Below are positions 9,547-18,726 of a stretch of DNA of 64,000 bases, piece after piece. The DNA lies in the IMG/VR virus record IMGVR_UViG_3300047678_000069, positions 1,942 through 65,941 of that record. One strand, given 5' to 3'. The DNA is from a virus (Duplodnaviria > Caudoviricetes). The notes below the pieces were generated by a model, which did no database searches, was not told the DNA's origin, and was given only the letters and a program-made list of their open reading frames with translations. The number at the start of each line of letters is the position of its first letter. Within the stretch, counting starts at the first letter, position 1. Position numbers and translations under genes: made by a program.

Positions 9547-10140
9547 TTAGTAGTTCCGGACTTCCCAGAACACAGTGTTGAAGCCGGGGATAGTTCCCCA
9601 CTCAACAGCGTAGGTTGAAAATTCGACAACGTGAAACGGATAACGTTCCAAGAGGATTTGCAGCCAGTCGTAAGATCTTGGACAGAGCTCTGACTGAATG
9701 ATACGTCTGGCAATTTCCCCTGAAACGTAATGAGATTTTTCCCTCAAAGACTCACGCATGGTCTTTGCGAGTGTACTGTAGTGGAAGTCGAGACCCCCAC
9801 GATTGCTTTGAATAACTTCTCCCTGAAGGACGGTCCTTTCTGTTGGGGCCATTGCTGATATGTAAAGTTGATCACTGGTGACGCCGAGATTCAACACGTA
9901 GTCCCACATCTCGAAAACTTTGTCACATGGAACATCGTACCACGTTGGACCACCTGCGATTCTGTTTCTGAGATGGACTGGACCTTTGTCATAGCCAGAT
10001 CTCATGAAGTCCTGCAGTGTGTTCCATGTTGGTGAGGCGTTGCCGAATTCTCCTTTCTTGTAACGCTTTGAAAAGTCGATCTTTGAGTTGACGGGTGGAT
10101 ACGTACCTTGGATCAGGTATGGAAGATGGTCTGTGGCCAC
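9547..10140 (-). CDS. Uncharacterised protein in the DNA modification cassette
   Basis: 197 aa, abuts the stop of the thymidylate synthase homolog. Confidence 0.7.
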   Translation of the reverse strand: MATDHLPYLIQGTYPPVNSKIDFSKRYKKGEFGNASPTWNTLQDFMRSGYDKGPVHLRNRIAGGPTWYDVPCDKVFEMWDYVLNLGVTSDQLYISAMAPTERTVLQGEVIQSNRGGLDFHYSTLAKTMRESLREKSHYVSGEIARRIIQSELCPRSYDWLQILLERYPFHVVEFSTYAVEWGTIPGFNTVFWEVRNY

Positions 10141-11481
10141 TTATACTCCTTTTTGGGTTGTTGAAGGTTTGGTGCGGTGATCGAGCCAGATGGAACAAGC
10201 AAGTCGCCAATCTTCACTTTCGATTTCTTTGAGAAGCTTGGCAGCTTCAACAGCTCCGAATTCTTTGTACGTGTCCCAGACACGAATCATCGGGAATGCT
10301 ACATGCTGGAAGAAAGGCAGTGGTTTTGGGATAACACTCTTGAAGGCACAATCCGACGGGTTGCTGACGAAGCGTTGGACTTGGCTGTCAAAGTCTGGTC
10401 TTTGAAAGTCTTCGAACAATTTGATTTTGGTGAATCCGTTGTGGTCAGGGTAAGCAAACTGAATTTTATCAGCTTTCAGCCATTTGTTGGGATGGAAGCC
10501 GGAATTGGTTTCCGTGTAGACGTGGGCATTGTTGGTGAAGTGATGGTATAGGCCAGCATGGACATTCAAGCCACATGCCATGTATTCCTGAAGGAAAGAA
10601 AAGTGAACGTAGTTCGCTCCCAGCATTCCCCAGACAATGTCGTTTGAACGGTTTGTTACAGTCATGTCAAGGGTTTTCGTTTTGTACTTGAAACCTGCCT
10701 GATAGAGTTTGATCCTGTTGGTACAGGCAACCACTCCCGCAAGATCGCCGTCGCTTCTGGCAAGCAACGATTTTTCATGTTCACGTTCTATGTTGCTCAC
10801 GAGCTCGTTGTGGGACCAGTTGTGGTTGACATGCTCAGTCTTGATCGAGAACATGACTGACAGGTTGCAGCAAACATCTTTTGATGGTGGGACTTCAATA
10901 GTCTTGAATACATGTCTATTTCCAAAACATGTTCCACAATAGGAGTGACCCCAATCTCTGCCACAGTCTGGACAATCTTTCTTATCTGTGATGAAGGAAG
11001 GATTGATCCGCAGAAGATCGTCTTCAACGTTCCACATCTGCAGAACTGCTCGCCTTGAACCCGGAGTGGCTTTCAGGTGTGAGATGATCAGATCAAGCTG
11101 GTCGATTGGGTGACTGTAGAAGTTGCCTTCACGATCTTTGTCCATGGCGGCCCGCCAGCGATAACCGTAGGCACCGTTTAGGGTTTTGCCATTGTCAGAG
11201 AATTGGCCGAACGTTTTGACGAACTTGAGCAGTGGGTCAAGATCGTTTCGACCAGCGAGCATCCACATGGCTTCAAACAAGTGGAAGAACGGGTTGGCAT
11301 CCCTTTCTTTGTTCAGCAGCAAACGCTGACTGGGATTTGTATAGGTCACGATCACTGGTTCTTCGATTTGCAGAACCGGACCGTTGCGGGATGGTGTGCT
11401 GATGGTGGGAATGGTTTCGTCAGCAATGCCGCGAACAATGGATTCGAAGGCGTCATTCACGTTCTGAAATTTGAAATGCAT
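10141..11481 (-). CDS. Thymidylate synthase homolog, probable dUMP hydroxymethylase
   Basis: SRRAVLQMW, KDVCCN (catalytic Cys), NRSNDIVWG-GAN (Asn implies dUMP specificity), NNAHVY; two insertions. Confidence 0.85.
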   Translation of the reverse strand: MHFKFQNVNDAFESIVRGIADETIPTISTPSRNGPVLQIEEPVIVTYTNPSQRLLLNKERDANPFFHLFEAMWMLAGRNDLDPLLKFVKTFGQFSDNGKTLNGAYGYRWRAAMDKDREGNFYSHPIDQLDLIISHLKATPGSRRAVLQMWNVEDDLLRINPSFITDKKDCPDCGRDWGHSYCGTCFGNRHVFKTIEVPPSKDVCCNLSVMFSIKTEHVNHNWSHNELVSNIEREHEKSLLARSDGDLAGVVACTNRIKLYQAGFKYKTKTLDMTVTNRSNDIVWGMLGANYVHFSFLQEYMACGLNVHAGLYHHFTNNAHVYTETNSGFHPNKWLKADKIQFAYPDHNGFTKIKLFEDFQRPDFDSQVQRFVSNPSDCAFKSVIPKPLPFFQHVAFPMIRVWDTYKEFGAVEAAKLLKEIESEDWRLACSIWLDHRTKPSTTQKGV

Positions 11482-11597
11482 TTTGGGTCTTGCAAGAAAA
11501 AAGTCGGGTTGGTTGGTTGGTTGGTTGGTTCTAAAAACAGAGCAAAAGACTGGTGAAAATTATTTTCAGAAAACTTGTCAGTTTTTGGTTGCTGGGG

Positions 11598-11628
11598 TTT
11601 ACTTTGCTTTCGGGTAAGACGATCATTC
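11598..11628 (+). promoter_or_regulatory. Putative class B promoter (TTTACT-N17-GAYYAT)
   Basis: Aligns without gaps to 28272-28302; lies upstream of a plus-strand gene. Confidence 0.55.
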
Positions 11629-11696
11629 ATTTCGTCGGGAGCAATTGTTTGCTCTCAGGGTTAAGTTTTTTCGGTTCAGTTGAAAGGTTTACAGTA

Positions 11697-12140
11697 ATGG
11701 CCAAATCATCCACGAAGAACGCTGCCAAGTCATCTGCCAAGCCAGCGAAGAAAGCAGCAACCAAGGCCACGAAGGCCGAAACGAAGGGCGAGAGTGTGTC
11801 ACGGGGACCGGGGAAGGTTCATTTCAAGATCCTTGCATGTCTCGCCAAGAGCAAGACAGTTCTGTTCAAGGGCTCCAGCAAGGCTGGTGAACTGTCTTAC
11901 AAGGCGATTGCCGAAGAAGCGGGAATTGCAATCAACAACCTGACCCAGTATTTAGCAAAGCAGAGCGGAGCGGGGACGCCATACCCGAACAGCTTGACCT
12001 CACTGGGAATGACCAAGGTCGCCCAGTATGAAACGACGAACGCTGCTGGTGATTCGGTGAACACGCCGCTCCTGTACAGCATCACCGAAAAGGGCAAGGC
12101 AGCTTTGGCCACGTGGCAGAAGGAACAGAAGGGCAAGTGA
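11697..12140 (+). CDS. Winged-helix DNA-binding protein with a Lys/Ala-rich N-terminal arm
   Basis: LSYKAIAEEAGI...YSITEKGKAAL wHTH pattern; has its own promoter and terminator. Confidence 0.75.
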   Translation: MAKSSTKNAAKSSAKPAKKAATKATKAETKGESVSRGPGKVHFKILACLAKSKTVLFKGSSKAGELSYKAIAEEAGIAINNLTQYLAKQSGAGTPYPNSLTSLGMTKVAQYETTNAAGDSVNTPLLYSITEKGKAALATWQKEQKGK

Positions 12141-12167
12141 TCAGCCCCTCACAATCTGACGCAACTG

Positions 12168-12198
12168 AAACCCCGGTATAAACCACCGGGGTTTCTTT
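12168..12198 (+). terminator. Terminator, likely bidirectional
   Basis: GAAACCCCGGT/ACCGGGGTTTC stem between convergent genes. Confidence 0.8.
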
Positions 12199-12218
12199 AC
12201 GTACTCGATTGAACGCTG

Positions 12219-12971
12219 TTAGCCACCTTTCCACCCCTTGCAATGGATCATGCGATCGCAGAACGGCTTTTGGTTCCCCTTGAGTTGAGCCAGCCGATCA
12301 AGTTCTGCAGGGTAGGACACCACCTTGAAACAGTCCTTCAGAATCTGGAGCCGACGTTTCAGGTTTGCACACGATGGATCTCGCGACGAATGGTATTCCA
12401 TCACCAGTTTGTTGCACTTTGGAATCAGGCCAGAATCCATGATTCCAAACTCGCTGCCTTCAATGTCCATCTTGATTCCATCGAAGCCTTCAAGCGTGTT
12501 GATGCATCTGTTGGCCACCTTGGTCGGAAAATCTTTCAGTCCAATCCGCGTTGGATGGAACGTGCTTCGACTGTGGTTGCCTGTACGGTTGCTTGGATAT
12601 AGTTGTAGAAACTTTTGGGTTGAAGACGTGACTGCTGCACAATGGATTTCACATTCTGGAAAATTCCCTACGTTCATCTGAAGCAATTCAAAGCATCTTG
12701 GTTCTGGTTCAAACGCCATGCACGAAGCATCGTTCAGATGGCAATACAAAGTAAACGCCCCAATGTTGGCACCAAGATCAAGCCATGATTCACCAGCTTC
12801 AACATCAAAGTTTATTGTGGCTTTTCGGTAGACTCTGGCAATCAGAACTTCCTTGAGCACGTTCAGGTCGCTTGTGCCGGGTCTGATCAGCGGTTTGGCT
12901 GTTCCCATCTTGGTTTCAAGTTTGATTCTGAGAACGCCCCCCTTTGGTGCGGGGTTATCGACGGTGGGCAT
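12219..12971 (-). CDS. FkbM-family SAM methyltransferase
   Basis: LDLGANIGAF, FEPEP, KMDIEGSE. Confidence 0.9.
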   Translation of the reverse strand: MPTVDNPAPKGGVLRIKLETKMGTAKPLIRPGTSDLNVLKEVLIARVYRKATINFDVEAGESWLDLGANIGAFTLYCHLNDASCMAFEPEPRCFELLQMNVGNFPECEIHCAAVTSSTQKFLQLYPSNRTGNHSRSTFHPTRIGLKDFPTKVANRCINTLEGFDGIKMDIEGSEFGIMDSGLIPKCNKLVMEYHSSRDPSCANLKRRLQILKDCFKVVSYPAELDRLAQLKGNQKPFCDRMIHCKGWKGG

Positions 12972-13134
12972 GGTTGGGCTTTCTTAGTTGTGTTTTCGGT
13001 TGGAACAAGAGCTTTGGCTGGCTCGCTGTGGCGTTTGGTTTAGGTTGGCTCTAGGTTGGGTCGGGTTGGCGATTATCGGCGATTGTGGGGCCTTCTAGGG
13101 GCCTTCAGCGTGGTATTTTGGGCAAGGTTTGGGC

Positions 13135-14079
13135 TTACTTGGTTGGCTTGCGTTTGCGGGTTGCGTGGCGTGTGCCGAAATCTGATTTTGGTTCTGGGAC
13201 TGCATATAGTTGTTTCGGTCGTCCCTCACCAAACAATGTTCGTTCATACTTGTCGAATTCGCACAGGCAATTCTGAAAGTCCATTGCTTCGAGCCGAGTC
13301 ACGAATTGTTTTGAAGTGTGGTCTTCCATGGTTTGCATGAATTCGCCAAATTCTTCTTGGAATCTGCCAGCGGTGATTGAGTGGCCGATATCGCGACTAA
13401 AGAACCTGTTCAGTCCACGAAGCGAACCGGGGCCAGCGGGTGCCCACGTTTTTCGATCAAGCCATAGGCCATGTTCAGCGTGGCGTAGATCAGCGACAAC
13501 TTGACCCGACATGAACGAAGCGAATCCAAAGTTCCTCTTGATCATTTTCCACGTGTGTTGCATGGAATCTGTGTCGGGTTTGAGACGGAAGGGCTTTAAG
13601 TATTTCTTGATCACGAATTCGAGTTTGTCGCCGGTTGCTCCAGCAGTGCTTACGATATATGCACCGTTGAAGATTGTGTTCCCTTGGTCGCGGTGGTCTT
13701 GCAGGATCGTCTGAATTTTCTCCCAGTTGATCTCTGCTGGGGAAAAGATCAGCCTTGTGATCTTATCAAGGGCTTCGGGGTTGTTGAAGATGCGAGCAGT
13801 TGCTGCAGCGACAGGGATGTTTCTGTGGCCACGGTGTGGATCATACCAGTTGTTGATCAGCCATTGTGAAACCTTGTCGTCCATGCGACGAACGTTGCAG
13901 AATCTGTAGTTGTTGAGGATTGGATCTTCGGACCAAGGGAATGCACGACCAGCAACTTTCTTTTGACGAATCTGTTCGCGGGTTTTGATCCAGTGGGCAG
14001 CACGCTGATGAACGTGCATCTTGCGGATAATCTTGAGAAAGTCTTCGTCGCTTTTCGACAGCTTGACAGAACTGGCCAT
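13135..14079 (-). CDS. aGPT-Pplase1 / 5-hmdU DNA kinase helical-domain protein
   Basis: WSEDPILNNYRFCNVRRMDD and MDFQNCLCEFDKYER motifs; GGAGA RBS before ATG 14079; the frame stays open to 14427. Confidence 0.82.
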   Translation of the reverse strand: MASSVKLSKSDEDFLKIIRKMHVHQRAAHWIKTREQIRQKKVAGRAFPWSEDPILNNYRFCNVRRMDDKVSQWLINNWYDPHRGHRNIPVAAATARIFNNPEALDKITRLIFSPAEINWEKIQTILQDHRDQGNTIFNGAYIVSTAGATGDKLEFVIKKYLKPFRLKPDTDSMQHTWKMIKRNFGFASFMSGQVVADLRHAEHGLWLDRKTWAPAGPGSLRGLNRFFSRDIGHSITAGRFQEEFGEFMQTMEDHTSKQFVTRLEAMDFQNCLCEFDKYERTLFGEGRPKQLYAVPEPKSDFGTRHATRKRKPTK

Positions 14080-14457
14080 TTGATCTTCTCCGGATGTGTT
14101 GGTTGAAAGGATGAAAAATTGTGTCCAGATCCCCATGCCAAGGCCATTGTGCATCTTGACGGCGATGACTGGTTTCGCTCTGCAGAGACAGTGGTAGTAC
14201 AGTGTACCGTCTCTGGAATCGATTTTCAAGGTTGGAAAGTGTTCGGTGTCGGGGTTGAACATGTGCTCTTTGAAGCAAGAGCCGCAGCGTACTTTGATTT
14301 CACTCATCTTGATTAGTCCTAATGGGTTTGAATTCTCGAACCAGAAAGTGGGAATCAACAGATGTTTTGATCCACTCACAAACTGATTGTTCTGTGTCTG
14401 TCCAACAATCAGATCCTTCTGTTCCATGCTCCAACATCTGTTGCTTCGTTGGTGTGG

Positions 14458-14718
14458 TCATTTTTCGGCTTGCTTTCTGTACCAGACATAGTCGAAATTT
14501 GCCATCGCTGAAGCTGGACTATCACCACATCCGACTACACCCTCCTGTAGATTATCACCAAGGCAAGCGATCCATACATTACCATCTAGTGTCAACTTTG
14601 GTTTGTAGACGGTGCTCGGCCGTTCGTATTCGGTTAGCACTTGACGAAACATCTCAATGACCTGAAATGCGGAGTGGGCAATTGAGTTCGCGATTTGTTG
14701 TTGTTGTTCGTTGTTCAT
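14458..14718 (-). CDS. Hypothetical protein
   Basis: 86 aa ORF in the operon. Confidence 0.65.
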   Translation of the reverse strand: MNNEQQQQIANSIAHSAFQVIEMFRQVLTEYERPSTVYKPKLTLDGNVWIACLGDNLQEGVVGCGDSPASAMANFDYVWYRKQAEK

Positions 14719-14721
14719 GGT

Positions 14722-14994
14722 TCAGGGGTCGATTAGTGATTTGAGGAATTTGCTGAACGTTGGTGAAAGCGTGGCGAGTTTTTCCCATGCTTTGAAGGCG
14801 GACACAAGTGTTGTTTCACCAACCTCGATGAGAACGGAATTGTACTTAGTGTCCTGTGCAAACCAAGGAAGATCGCTGAATTGGTTGTGGTCTATGATCA
14901 TAGTTGGATCCTTAGAATCTGTCGTGATAACAATCAACACAATACAATGTTTTACGAGTGCCTCCCTGTCTTTGATTATAGCTGGGGCATTCAA
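14722..14994 (-). CDS. Hypothetical protein
   Basis: 90 aa ORF in the operon. Confidence 0.5.
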   Translation of the reverse strand: MNAPAIIKDREALVKHCIVLIVITTDSKDPTMIIDHNQFSDLPWFAQDTKYNSVLIEVGETTLVSAFKAWEKLATLSPTFSKFLKSLIDP

Positions 14995-15188
14995 TCACTT
15001 CTGACATAAGAGTGATCGGGAAGAATTCAGAGGCAGGACAACCTTCGCGGTTGACTGTAACGGGACCGTCTTTGTACTGAACTCTTTTATCCAAGGTCAG
15101 ATGGTCATTTTTCGACTTTCACCAGAAACATGATGGAGATACTTATATCCAACATGTAAAGAAGACTTTACACGTTCTGAATAAGTCG

Positions 15189-17276
15189 TCATGCCACTGT
15201 GATCCCTTCTGCCCAGTGAACAGGATGGTACTCGATCCCCATAGTGAGGGGAACTTGCGGAATAAGGTCAAAGCCAATTTGGTCAAGTGCGTGTTTCAGT
15301 TTGCGAAGCTTCGGCAGGTTGCTCATGTTCTTTCGTTTTGGAAGATCAATGATGATTTCGTCATGAACTTGCAAAGCTAAGAATGCTGGACCAGACGCTC
15401 CCAAACCGGGTCGGGTATTATACCATTGAATCCATTCATTTGTTGCCACCATCATGCGGCACATCACCCACATTGCTGTCCCTTGTGTTCTATAGTTGAG
15501 GGGCACAGTTTCAAGAATTCTTCCCCAGTTCGATCGGGTACAGAGTAGTGGATAGCCGTGTTCAGGATCAACAGTGATGTCTGGCATTGTTTCAATATAG
15601 CCGTGTTCGTTGGCGTAGTCGATCCAATGCTGGTTTAGTTCAGTGAGGTTGCTGAATCGTGCTTTCAACAAACTGTGGGCACCTTTCTTGTGAAAGGCAA
15701 TGTCAGCAGTTCCCCATGTGTCTTCTTTGGTAATGTCGACGGCACCATACTGAACAGCGAAGCCGCCGTTCTTCACCCACTGATACCATGATGAAGCGAA
15801 CTTCTTCTTGCAGTGAGGACCGATGAGTTTTTCGTCGACTCGTTGACCCTTACAGCATTCCTTGCAGATGGTTCCGAGTTCTTTGTTCCACAGATCATCG
15901 TAGATGGTGTGGAAGTTGAGAAGGTGGGTTGAACCATAGTATGGGTAATCATCAGGATGTTCGAACAGATCGATGAGTTCACGCTCGCCGGATTCATAGG
16001 CTGGCAATCGCAATTCAATGTTCTTCGCGTCGAGTGACCACCATTCACGACCGGGGCCGGGACCATAGCAATAGCGAAGATTCACTTCTTCTTGCTTTGA
16101 AACTTGTTGGGCGTTTGGATTGTTGTATGCGAATCGAAGCGTGTCCGTGCCCGTTGGGTTTACTGAGGGAAAGACCTTCATGGTTCCGCGATCGTCACAA
16201 GGCTTCCAGAATTTGTGGTAGCTGTTGATATAGCTGACCGCAGTCATACGTTTACGGAAACGCTGCAGATTCGTTATGAACTTGTGGGGCTTTGATTTCT
16301 GGGGAAGAGTATCAACCCACCGGCTCAGCACAGTCTTGTCAAGTGAGGGGTTTCCTTTGTCGGTGGTCAGGTGAGATGTCAGCTTGAATTTGTCGAATAT
16401 GATCTTCTTCAGGTCGTTGCTATTGCCACTGATTGGCAAGTGACTGATTTCATTGTCTGCGGCTTCAATACAAGCTTCACGTGAAGTGTTGGCTTCTTCC
16501 TGTAAGCGGATCATCAGTTCTTCAGTTCGATCCTCAGACATAGTGATGCCACTTTGTTCCATCGTATGGATTACAGGCAGCAACTTGAGTCTGAAGTCAT
16601 AGATCTTTTCAAGGTCACGTTCTCGAAGAATTTCCAGCATCTTCTTGTAGAGCGGGACTGTGACCGTTGAGTCAACGTTGGCGTATTCTGCAGTACAGTT
16701 CCACCAAGGATGATCTGAAGAGTATCCCTTCTCCTGAGCAATGGCTCTTGGAAGCCACATGTCAAGCTTCCAGACAGTTTCCTTTGCGGATGGCATGGTA
16801 GGATCACCTGCCTTTGCAATACGCCACTTCGGGAATTCAGACTTGGCAAGCTTTCGGGCTTCGATGATGTGTTCTTTCATTGCCTCTTCATAAGGCAGAA
16901 TATTCACACCGACATAGATCAGGGAGAGGGTTGTGAGATCGTGGGGCTGATTGCTCGCCAGAATATGTGACAGAAGCAAAGTGTCTTTGATGGAAGACCA
17001 TCCACCTTTGATAATGTCAAGAACGTCTGGGATGAAAGTGGAAATTGCACGGACGTCGAATCGTGGGTTGTGGGCAATGAGAGTTTGTTGGCGACCGAAC
17101 GTGGCTTTGACTTGCTTCTTGTCAGCGAGTGGAATCTTTGGGATTCGAGTGTAGGGGTCAACATCCCATTCATAGTAGGTGACATTTCCGTCTTCGCTGC
17201 AGAATGTAACAATGAACGGCATTGCTCCATGATGGAAGTCAACGCCAGTGGTTTCAGTGTCAAATGAGACCAGCAT
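15189..17276 (-). CDS. polA: Family A DNA polymerase with a 3'-5' exonuclease domain
   Basis: ExoI FDTETTG, motif A LDAKNIELR, motif B KNGGFAVQYG, motif C QVHDEI. Confidence 0.93.
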   Translation of the reverse strand: MLVSFDTETTGVDFHHGAMPFIVTFCSEDGNVTYYEWDVDPYTRIPKIPLADKKQVKATFGRQQTLIAHNPRFDVRAISTFIPDVLDIIKGGWSSIKDTLLLSHILASNQPHDLTTLSLIYVGVNILPYEEAMKEHIIEARKLAKSEFPKWRIAKAGDPTMPSAKETVWKLDMWLPRAIAQEKGYSSDHPWWNCTAEYANVDSTVTVPLYKKMLEILRERDLEKIYDFRLKLLPVIHTMEQSGITMSEDRTEELMIRLQEEANTSREACIEAADNEISHLPISGNSNDLKKIIFDKFKLTSHLTTDKGNPSLDKTVLSRWVDTLPQKSKPHKFITNLQRFRKRMTAVSYINSYHKFWKPCDDRGTMKVFPSVNPTGTDTLRFAYNNPNAQQVSKQEEVNLRYCYGPGPGREWWSLDAKNIELRLPAYESGERELIDLFEHPDDYPYYGSTHLLNFHTIYDDLWNKELGTICKECCKGQRVDEKLIGPHCKKKFASSWYQWVKNGGFAVQYGAVDITKEDTWGTADIAFHKKGAHSLLKARFSNLTELNQHWIDYANEHGYIETMPDITVDPEHGYPLLCTRSNWGRILETVPLNYRTQGTAMWVMCRMMVATNEWIQWYNTRPGLGASGPAFLALQVHDEIIIDLPKRKNMSNLPKLRKLKHALDQIGFDLIPQVPLTMGIEYHPVHWAEGITVA

Positions 17277-17279
17277 CTA

Positions 17280-17909
17280 CTATTCCTCTTCAGAAATGTT
17301 GTGTCCAGTTTTCCATTCACGTTCGTTTTTGTACTTTGGTGGATACTGTCTACCGAACAGAATCAACCGCCAACTATCCCAAGGGGCCAGAACCCCTTTG
17401 TTGGCAAGCAATTGTATCTGATGTTCTCGTTCATTGAGTGGTGGTCGAGCCAACCCAGCTTGACTGAGAACGCGATCACCATGTTGTATGATGGCAGCAT
17501 ACTTTTGGGCAGGGAACTTGTTCTGCTGGAGAAGACTCAGCATTCGGCCATCATGGATGAAGTTGTGGCAGTAGTGACAGAGTGGAACCGTTTCTTCGTA
17601 AGTGGCTGTTCCGGCTTCATAGTCTATGGTGTATATTTCGTGTCCTTCAATCCATTGGCGAGCTCTGGCTCTTGACTTGTGAACACCACAGGATCGGCAG
17701 TGGTTGTTTGTAGATGCAGCGGCAGCTTTCTTCTCTTTGGCCCACCATTTATTTCCGAGAATATTTCTTGGAGCCACTTGATGAAGTGGTCTTGGAATGT
17801 TTGGATGGAGAAGAATTTCTGGTTGAAGATCCAGAGGGTTTTCCAGCGGCTTTGGCAGGTTTCTTAGTCCCTGTTTTTTGAGGTAGCCTTTTAGATCCAC
17901 GTTCAGCAA
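17280..17909 (-). CDS. HNH-like Zn-binding endonuclease
   Basis: CRSCG...EGHE...LCHYCHNFIH. Confidence 0.75.
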   Translation of the reverse strand: MLNVDLKGYLKKQGLRNLPKPLENPLDLQPEILLHPNIPRPLHQVAPRNILGNKWWAKEKKAAAASTNNHCRSCGVHKSRARARQWIEGHEIYTIDYEAGTATYEETVPLCHYCHNFIHDGRMLSLLQQNKFPAQKYAAIIQHGDRVLSQAGLARPPLNEREHQIQLLANKGVLAPWDSWRLILFGRQYPPKYKNEREWKTGHNISEEE

Positions 17910-18098
17910 TCTCCTTCAACTGATCGATTACATGATCAAACAAAAGTATTTCAGTTCGTCCCAGAAGCTTCCCGTTTAGTCGACCGGACTTTGACCACCG
18001 ACACCTCAGAAAGTTTCTTTCAAGAACGACGTTCAGTGGTTCTCTGCTGGAGGAAAGGCAGAAGACGACGGTATGCGTTGGCTTGTCGATGAGTGGCA

Positions 18099-18347
18099 TC
18101 ATTCCACCTTAGTATCGTTTCGTTTTCCATGGCTTTGGGAGTGGACATCCAGCAATCTTTGGGTGAGTATGAGTGCAACTTGGTCCTCGAGCAGTTGACG
18201 CTGGAAGAAAACAATCCTTTGCGTTTGCCAGAGTCGATATTGGGTCATGAGGGTGATTAGACTGAGGGTAAAAATGATGATCGCTGAGATTGCCGAACTT
18301 GTTGATTCTGTTGTGTTTGTGGAAAGGATCAGAAGTAGATTATCCAA
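18099..18347 (-). CDS. Hypothetical membrane protein
   Basis: 82 aa with one hydrophobic segment. Confidence 0.5.
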   Translation of the reverse strand: MDNLLLILSTNTTESTSSAISAIIIFTLSLITLMTQYRLWQTQRIVFFQRQLLEDQVALILTQRLLDVHSQSHGKRNDTKVE

Positions 18348-18654
18348 GCGGCACCTCGACTTTGAAGCTTGCGAAACGAGTGTAGTTTGGTCCGATGTTA
18401 TGGGACTTTGAGCACAGCAGTTTTGAAACGAGATTCCCCTTGAAGATTGCGTTGGTGCAAAACAAGTGGATCGTGGTCTCTTTAGTGGTTTTTATAGGTA
18501 GAGGCTTGATGAACGACTTTACTTCGTCTACAGAAAGTTCACGCCAAGTGAATGCTGATTGATAGGATATAGCATCACTGTAGAACCAATCTACTTCTTC
18601 TGAAGATCCATCTGAAAAGAAACCCTCCAGAGTGTTTGCGGGGGCAAACTGCAA
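18340..18654 (-). CDS. Hypothetical protein
   Basis: 104 aa ORF. Confidence 0.5.
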   Translation of the reverse strand: MQFAPANTLEGFFSDGSSEEVDWFYSDAISYQSAFTWRELSVDEVKSFIKPLPIKTTKETTIHLFCTNAIFKGNLVSKLLCSKSHNIGPNYTRFASFKVEVPLG

Positions 18655-18726
18655 TGAAGCCTCTGGAGGGTGGGACGTTGTTTAGCTCACTGAAAGTTCA
18701 GTGGACTGTTGACCGTAAGTGATCAA

